From: an uncultured Planctomycetaceae bacterium
Lineage (GTDB): Bacteria > Planctomycetota > Planctomycetia > Planctomycetales > Planctomycetaceae
Direction of reading: 5' to 3'
Length of the DNA stretch: 64,000 nucleotides
NCBI GenBank assembly: GCA_963976765.1
Contig: CAXBME010000012.1
Coordinates: 62,001-126,000, forward strand
How positions within the stretch are numbered: position 1 is the first letter of the stretch; the number at the start of each line of letters is the position of its first letter. The position numbers and the translations under genes were made by a program. Under the pieces are notes generated by a model. That model had not been told where the DNA came from, searched no databases, and worked only from the letters and a program-made list of their open reading frames with translations. Below, in pieces: positions 59,001-64,000 of the stretch.

Positions 59001-59570
59001 TTTCCGAAGCAGACGGGATTTCGTTACTTCCTGATCGGAGCCAACGATGCTCGCATTCAAAGTGCCGGGCACTTTTCCGACGACGAAATCAACCGGTTGG
59101 CAACGCTGCTGGAAGGCTCGCTCACTCCGTACGGATTCGATGCCGAACGGGTCGCCGACCGAATTGCCGCGTTCCTTATCGTTCAGAACACCTACCTTTC
59201 GACGTTCCAGTCGCTCGGTGGTCTCGGTCTTCTGCTCGGCACACTGGGTCTGTCCACCGTAATGCTCAGAAACGTTATCGAACGCCGGTCGGAACTTGCG
59301 TTGCTGCGAGCCGTCGGTTTTCAGTCTCGCAGTTTGTCCGTGATGATCCTTGCCGAAAATGCCATGCTGCTTGTCTGGGGGCTTCTGGCAGGGACCGTTT
59401 CAGCTCTTCTAGCAATGCTGCCTCACCTGTTGAGCACCGGAGCTGATACGCCCTGGGCAAATGGTGCTTTGCTGCTGATGACCGTTTTCACTGTCGGGAT
59501 GCTGTCTTCACTTTTCGCAGTCAGAGAGGCGTCGCGAACTCCGATCGTCGGAGCGCTGCGGGGCGAGTAA
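56016..59570 (+). CDS. FtsX/MacB-like ABC transporter permease with duplicated halves
   Basis: GALIVGDS; two ERR..IGLL.AVGF / ERR.ELALLRAVGF motifs; large periplasmic loops. Confidence 0.9.
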   Translation: MKTSTLILRSLMHYWRIHLAVFLGVVAGTTVISGALIVGDSVRESLKEMSLARLGGVDLALHSPRFLREETAGRVYENPKLQEVVQNVAPALIMDGALVRETSDGTVTDRAGGIRVFGINDRFANMSEFDDNSLPKGDELILSDRVARQLNAKVGDELTLWVEMPATIPRESQLGGIEDQDTQSVPLTVKAIFPETSGTGRFDLSPGQQLPLTVFVSLENLQESVGLEEVRRSRDFPNGKPARVNALFVSLTSAELSETPEAVGAADQITNVLGEELSLEDLSLRVVTNDRGYLALESEQMILEDSFAMAAQKTADEHGQAIARNMVYLVNELSSVEDPDAFSAYSIIAGVDPSEVNAAPFGPLLADDKVDTLSNDEIILNDWLASDLNVTPGDSIQIRYHQVGSHGELPEEVLTLKVKAVVPLATSVTASDRGLTPEVKGITDARTFNGWKQPFPMDLDRPTDRDDEYWELYRALPKAFVSLELAKSLWTSRYGSLTSIRVAISESDRTPEKLEDAGKPFTTAFLKHLAPPDTGLVFQPVKYNGIKAASGTTDFTGLFVGFSFFVIASAMILISLLFRLGVERRSSGIGLLQAVGFDRGRVSQLILKEGLLVACFGGVVGSVCAVGYAELMIHALKDPDWWGGAIGTQFLFVYAKPVSLIAGLAISILVAWLALYFALRGLRNISTRQLLAGETDASMSDADQLAHAARRFKWARIGAIFALVILAAGLAGIVPSTEAFSGLSWPMVAFFVVGIVSLTSAMFQLSAWLAGDRRSAVRGRGITGSSRLGFRNAARHRSRSVLSTGLIASATFVIVAVAAGQRNPAVESPDFNSGNGGFSLVAEATAPLLDSLQTTEGRLKLGIAPEPGSTVARLLEQMQSYSFRVRPGENASCLNLYQTTLPTILGVPDDLLERGGFRFVDQRKADYWKLLTTPRDDGRVPVLGDMNTLMFSLHKAPGAAIPVPDSETELIVAGMLDGSVLQGVLLMSDSNFRKLFPKQTGFRYFLIGANDARIQSAGHFSDDEINRLATLLEGSLTPYGFDAERVADRIAAFLIVQNTYLSTFQSLGGLGLLLGTLGLSTVMLRNVIERRSELALLRAVGFQSRSLSVMILAENAMLLVWGLLAGTVSALLAMLPHLLSTGADTPWANGALLLMTVFTVGMLSSLFAVREASRTPIVGALRGE

Positions 59571-59630
59571 CCCGGCAAGACGCAGAACTCGACCGTTGAA
59601 CGCCTCACCACTGACCAGACTGAAACGGCC

Positions 59631-60491
59631 ATGTCCATGTCACAACTCGACCGCGAAGAATACATCGAGCAGGCTTACTTCTGGGAAACCTTTCTCACCC
59701 GAATGAAGGATGGTGTGCCCGCCCAGGAAATTATTCTGCAGGTTCAGGACGAGATTCTGGCGACCACCAAACTTCCGATGGCTCTCCATTTTCTGGTCGG
59801 CGAAATTCGACATCGAGGACGAATCAGCGACGGAATGGCTCAAATGAGTCATTACTTCACGCCGTTTCAAGCTTTCCTGATGTCCAAGGCGGAAGACGAA
59901 AAAACGAAGTTCGACTTACAGATCGCTCTGGCCATCCTTCGTTCTGAAGCTGAATTCCGGGCCAGCGACAAACTGACTCCACAAGGTCTGTTCATTTTTC
60001 AGTTTGAATGTGTCGCCCGAAATCGGCTCGGCTACGACTACGGCATGCAGGCTGTCGCCAATGATCCAATTTTTGACGACACCTGGCGGGACTGGATTCT
60101 CTGGTTGAGAAACCAGCTTGGCTCGAACGAATTCTGCGAATTTCTCTATCTTCGATCTGACTTCGCAGTCGAGGAAAAACGCCGAGCACTCGGCGATCCC
60201 AACTGGCAGCCGCCCAAGCCAATGCTCTTCGGAGTTCGAGAAGGACGCATTGCCAAAGCCAACCGAGGCAAAGACCCGCTCTACATGTTTGCCGCGCTCG
60301 AACGCCAGCTTGGCTATCCCGAGATCCCGCGACCGACTCCCAAAAACGAAGACAAAGTCTTCCACCCGCTGGTCGAACAACGCTTTGACATGATCGAAAA
60401 AAGACTCTCTGTCATGGAGCAGGAACTCAAAGGCGGCATCGATCTGGAACAGTTCTACAAGAAACCGGACAGCCCGCCGTCCAAACAGTAA
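59631..60491 (+). CDS. Conserved hypothetical protein
   Basis: 286 aa with normal codon usage; LDREEYIEQAYF, LATTKLPMA, KDPLYMFAALERQLGYP. Confidence 0.8.
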   Translation: MSMSQLDREEYIEQAYFWETFLTRMKDGVPAQEIILQVQDEILATTKLPMALHFLVGEIRHRGRISDGMAQMSHYFTPFQAFLMSKAEDEKTKFDLQIALAILRSEAEFRASDKLTPQGLFIFQFECVARNRLGYDYGMQAVANDPIFDDTWRDWILWLRNQLGSNEFCEFLYLRSDFAVEEKRRALGDPNWQPPKPMLFGVREGRIAKANRGKDPLYMFAALERQLGYPEIPRPTPKNEDKVFHPLVEQRFDMIEKRLSVMEQELKGGIDLEQFYKKPDSPPSKQ

Positions 60492-60619
60492 GTCGCCCGC
60501 GTTTCCCGCCGTGGCCAACAATCGCTGGCCGGATTCGGATACGCGGAAGCAACCGTCAAATTCAATGCAGCTACAATTCAGAACGCTACGATTCGGACCA
60601 CCTGTCGAAAGGCCAGACC

Positions 60620-62281
60620 ATGCAACGTCTGCTGACTGCTACTGTTTTACTGGCGGCTTCAATGACATCCGCATCAGGCCAGGATGCTCTGGACTTTGGC
60701 GACGTCACCGAACAGCACGTCATGATTCCGATGCGGGACGGAGTTCGGTTATCCGCTTACCTTTACACTCCTTCTGGCGATGGCCCGTGGCCAGCGGTCT
60801 TTGAACAGCGTTATGTAAGTCTTCGGGCAGCGTCCACTCGTCAGGCTGCTGCCCGGACAGCCAGAGCCGGGTACGTGGTTGCGCTGGTGAACTTCCGCGG
60901 AGCACAATTGTCCGAAGGGACCTGGGTCGGATACCGAGCTCTTCAGTGGGGGGAACTGTCCGACGGTTACGACACCTGCGAGTGGCTTGCGAAACAGATG
61001 TGGTGCACCGGAAAGATCGGAACGTTCGGAGGTTCGCAGGGCGGATACGCTCAGAATTATCTGGCCGTCACACAGCCGCCGCATCTCGTTTGCCAGTACA
61101 TGCGAGATACCGGACTGAGCCTCTTTCAGGAAGGTTATCGAATCGGGGGCACGACGCGACCAGAACGTTTCAAAGGCATGGACGCTGTCGCGAGAGACCC
61201 GCAGGATAACCAGAAACTGCTCGCCGAGTGGTTCAGACACCCAACCTACGACGACTACTGGATGGCCGAAGACTGCACGCTGCACTTCGACAGGATGAAC
61301 GTTCCCTGCTTCACAATCGGCAGTTGGTACGACTTCATGAATCAAGGCTCGATCGCCAGCTTTCAGGGACGGCAACATCAAGGCGGAACGAACTCCAGAA
61401 AACGTCAGCAGTTGATTATTGGCCCGTGGCTGCACGGCGGGAATAACAAGGGCAACCGCATCGGTGAAATGGCCTATCCGGAAAATGCCGCCTTCGACGT
61501 GTCGAACCACATGGTTCGCTGGTTCGACCACTTCCTGAAGGGCAAAAACAACGACGTTCAAGACGACGCTAACGTGCGTTATTACGTGATGGGAGCCGTC
61601 GGTGAACCCGGCGCTCCTGGCAACGTCTGGCGAACTGCTGACGACTTTCCCCCGAAAGCTGTTGCCACGCCGATGTTCTTCCAGCTGGACGGGGGACTTT
61701 CTGCCGGGAAACCAACTTCAAAGGAGAGCTCAACCAGTTACATCAGCGATCCTCATCACCCGATGGAAATTCCGGGGCGATCGTTCCCTGGAGCCCGTGA
61801 CGCGCGAGCTTTCGAAGAGCAGTCGGATGTTCGCACGTTTACGACGGAGCCACTGTCAGAACCTGTCGAATGGACCGGTCGGGTCCACGCTGAACTGCAA
61901 GTATCGTCAACGGCTCCCGATACTGATTTCATTGTTCGAGTCAGCGATGTTTATCCCGATGGTCGATCGATTCTCATCATCGATTACCCGTTCCGATCGC
62001 GTTACCGAAACGGGTTCGACAAAGAGGTTCTGATGGCGCCGGACAAAGTTCACAAAGTGGCTTTCCCTGTCGGCTGGATCAGCCAAATCTTCAACAAAGG
62101 GCATCGCATTCGAGTCACCGTTGCCAGTACGGGGGCGCCTCTTTACGAACCCAATCCTCAGAACGGAAAACCACTCACCATCGAGTTCCCTGCGGACGCT
62201 CAGAAGGCCGTCAACACGATTCACCACAACACGCAGTACGCATCACGAATCATCGCCCCGGTATTCACTTCGCCAAATTGA
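60620..62281 (+). CDS. CocE/NonD-family exported serine hydrolase
   Basis: MIPMRDGVRL, DGYD, GGSQGG, IGSWYD, IIGPWLH, RWFDH, GHRIRV. Confidence 0.93.
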   Translation: MQRLLTATVLLAASMTSASGQDALDFGDVTEQHVMIPMRDGVRLSAYLYTPSGDGPWPAVFEQRYVSLRAASTRQAAARTARAGYVVALVNFRGAQLSEGTWVGYRALQWGELSDGYDTCEWLAKQMWCTGKIGTFGGSQGGYAQNYLAVTQPPHLVCQYMRDTGLSLFQEGYRIGGTTRPERFKGMDAVARDPQDNQKLLAEWFRHPTYDDYWMAEDCTLHFDRMNVPCFTIGSWYDFMNQGSIASFQGRQHQGGTNSRKRQQLIIGPWLHGGNNKGNRIGEMAYPENAAFDVSNHMVRWFDHFLKGKNNDVQDDANVRYYVMGAVGEPGAPGNVWRTADDFPPKAVATPMFFQLDGGLSAGKPTSKESSTSYISDPHHPMEIPGRSFPGARDARAFEEQSDVRTFTTEPLSEPVEWTGRVHAELQVSSTAPDTDFIVRVSDVYPDGRSILIIDYPFRSRYRNGFDKEVLMAPDKVHKVAFPVGWISQIFNKGHRIRVTVASTGAPLYEPNPQNGKPLTIEFPADAQKAVNTIHHNTQYASRIIAPVFTSPN

Positions 62282-62345
62282 ACGGCCTCAGGCACGACTT
62301 ACAGTCTCGCTGCGAAGTCTTCTCCGGTGCTGACCGGGTTACGAA

Positions 62346-63368
62346 TCAGGGTTTGGCTGGCTTTGCTTCCGGAAGCGTGAGTGTCAGGGCGATTGTCGCC
62401 CAACCTGTGGCGGTCGTCGAAATGAACTGGTCCTTCTCGTGTGGAAAACCAGATTCGAAATATGGCTGAAACGGCGTGGCCCGCGTGGCAACATGCCACG
62501 AACCGTCTTTCAACTGGGAATCGAGCAGGTAGTCAACACCACGTTTGATGGCGGAATCAGCCTTTTTCGAGCCGTCGCGCAGCAAAGCCGTCAGAACAGT
62601 TCCTGTCGCATAGGCATCGCTTGTCATGTCGGGCTTCTGCGACCAGCCGCCGTCATCCCGCTGTGCCGAAATCAGCTGACTGCGGGCTGCATCGATTTCT
62701 TCGTTGTTGGCGTCGACGTACGGCAATGCTCGGAATCGGAAAACGCGATCTTCCGTTTCGGTCGCGTTGGTCGCCAGCAACCATTTACCAACAGCCTTGA
62801 TTCGGCTGTCCGCGGCCTCACGCTGGTCGTCGGTTGCAAACTCTCTCAAAGCACGCAACGCCAGATAAGTATTGGCGAAATCGCTTCCTGAGGACGGCGG
62901 TCGCGAGCTTGCCTGGTGCCATCGCTGGTCGTTCTGCTGAAACTCCAGCAGGTAATGTACGACCGCCGCCGTTGTTTCATCCGATTTCCGCCCACCCGCT
63001 TCCAGAGTCCACAAGGCGTACCCGGCGGTCATCACTCGACCGCCCTGCCCTTTTCCTTTGAGATATCCGGCAAGTCCTCGCTTCAAATGGGCGGCGGTAT
63101 GCTTGAGCTGGGACTCGAACACGTCCTCATCAATGACGAAGCCACGGCTTCGCGCCTCGGCCATCGCCATGACCGGTAATGCCTGACTGTGACAGGTAAA
63201 ACATTTCCGTTCCCGCGCGGAACCAGCCGCCGCCTGTTCGAGCAGTGGGATCGCCCGGCGAATCGCGACGGACACACGCTCCGTCAGTGTGACTTCCGCA
63301 GCGACAGCCAGAAACGGATCGGCGTTCGAGACGAAAGCAACCAGCAAAAGCACCGCGGCGTATTTCAT
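62346..63368 (-). CDS. Exported prenyltransferase/squalene-cyclase-repeat protein with CxxCH
   Basis: Signal peptide; CFTCH; QW-like repeats AQRDDGGW, SQLKDGSW; FESGFPH..DQFIS. Confidence 0.8.
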   Translation of the reverse strand: MKYAAVLLLVAFVSNADPFLAVAAEVTLTERVSVAIRRAIPLLEQAAAGSARERKCFTCHSQALPVMAMAEARSRGFVIDEDVFESQLKHTAAHLKRGLAGYLKGKGQGGRVMTAGYALWTLEAGGRKSDETTAAVVHYLLEFQQNDQRWHQASSRPPSSGSDFANTYLALRALREFATDDQREAADSRIKAVGKWLLATNATETEDRVFRFRALPYVDANNEEIDAARSQLISAQRDDGGWSQKPDMTSDAYATGTVLTALLRDGSKKADSAIKRGVDYLLDSQLKDGSWHVATRATPFQPYFESGFPHEKDQFISTTATGWATIALTLTLPEAKPAKP

Positions 63369-63503
63369 GTAAGTCTGCCTTCTGTCATTCCAGGTGGCTT
63401 GCATCCGCAGTTCTGTGAACCAGCGGGTTGGATACAGAGGCCAACTGGTCTGGCCTCGATCGCCGTCTCTCCGAACCTGCAGTTGCATCACGAAAGGCTT
63501 CAG

Positions 63504-63538
63504 AAAAAAAGCACGCTACGAGTTTACTCGCAGCGTGC
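63504..63538 (-). terminator. Intrinsic terminator after the DUF1080 gene
   Basis: Minus strand GCACGCTGCGAGTAAACTCGTAGCGTGC followed by T7. Confidence 0.8.
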
Positions 63539-63588
63539 GTCAGACATTCAATTGTCACATCCTGATGAGGATGTCGCCCGATTCACTA

Positions 63589-63999
63589 TCAGTACGGCAG
63601 TTCCCGGATGTAGAGATTTCTGAAGAACAGCTCGCTGCCGTGATGTTGCAGTTCGATCTGGTCAGCTCGCACAAGCGGAATTGTTCCTGTCTTGTCCCAG
63701 TAATTTTCCAGAGCCACCCGGTTGACAATCAACTTTCCATTCAGCCAGATCGTCACTTTGTCGCCGACCATTCGAATCAGGAAGGTGTTCCACTCGCCAG
63801 GTTTTCTGTCGGCAAGAGTTGTGGGAGCGTTCCGCCAGCGTTTGTTGTTCCACAAGCCGCCGGAACCAAGATTACGACCGTTTGCATACTGCCTGACCCA
63901 CTCTTCAGCATTCGCCGGCGGATCAGCACCCGGCTTGACGCGAGGATCCCACGGGTCCCAGATCTGCACCTGTGGCGTCCCCCGCAGATAGATCCCCGA
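63589..63999 (-). CDS. DUF1080 (3-keto-disaccharide hydrolase) domain protein, 5' end outside window
   Basis: SGIYLRGTPQVQIWD, GSGGLWNN, GEWN, LQHHG..L.FRN. Confidence 0.9.
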   Translation of the reverse strand, partial: SGIYLRGTPQVQIWDPWDPRVKPGADPPANAEEWVRQYANGRNLGSGGLWNNKRWRNAPTTLADRKPGEWNTFLIRMVGDKVTIWLNGKLIVNRVALENYWDKTGTIPLVRADQIELQHHGSELFFRNLYIRELPY

Positions 64000-64000
64000 G

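Noticed and set aside
1..64000. CRISPR arrays, rRNA, tRNA, prophage or defence genes
   Set aside because: No regularly spaced repeats, RNA gene signatures or phage/defence motifs recognised by eye; a covariance-model scan could still find small RNAs.

Overview
Gene-dense chromosomal window from a planctomycete, probably Planctomycetales. Evidence: DUF1559, DUF1501 and DUF1080 proteins, a planctomycete-type ECF sigma factor and Ser/Thr kinase, two BlaI/M56 pairs and an archaeal-like MfnE homolog. About 44 CDS were called. Housekeeping genes include dnaE, cysK, folC, nnrD, trkH, moeA-PBP and manA. I saw no rRNA, tRNA or CRISPR array. The best candidate for an undescribed system is a five-gene module at 1.7-7.9 kb: Cys-rich DUF1559 pilin-like protein, BlaI, sensor-less M56 protease, LtaS/OpgB-type membrane transferase and PAP2 protein with a beta-signal-like tail. 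Related ACTAC-N10-GTA dyads precede both halves of this module. Other notable features: (1) a decayed IS5-family transposase directly upstream of a second blaI/M56 cassette; (2) a secretin-N-repeat protein and a di-heme oxidoreductase sharing a 35-bp palindrome; (3) a PilM-PilN fusion operon with GYPG-repeat proteins, divergent from an apparently inactive GH38 homolog; (4) an ECF sigma factor paired with a cysteine-free redoxin. All calls come from motif recognition by eye. No database searches were run, and many start codons are my estimates.
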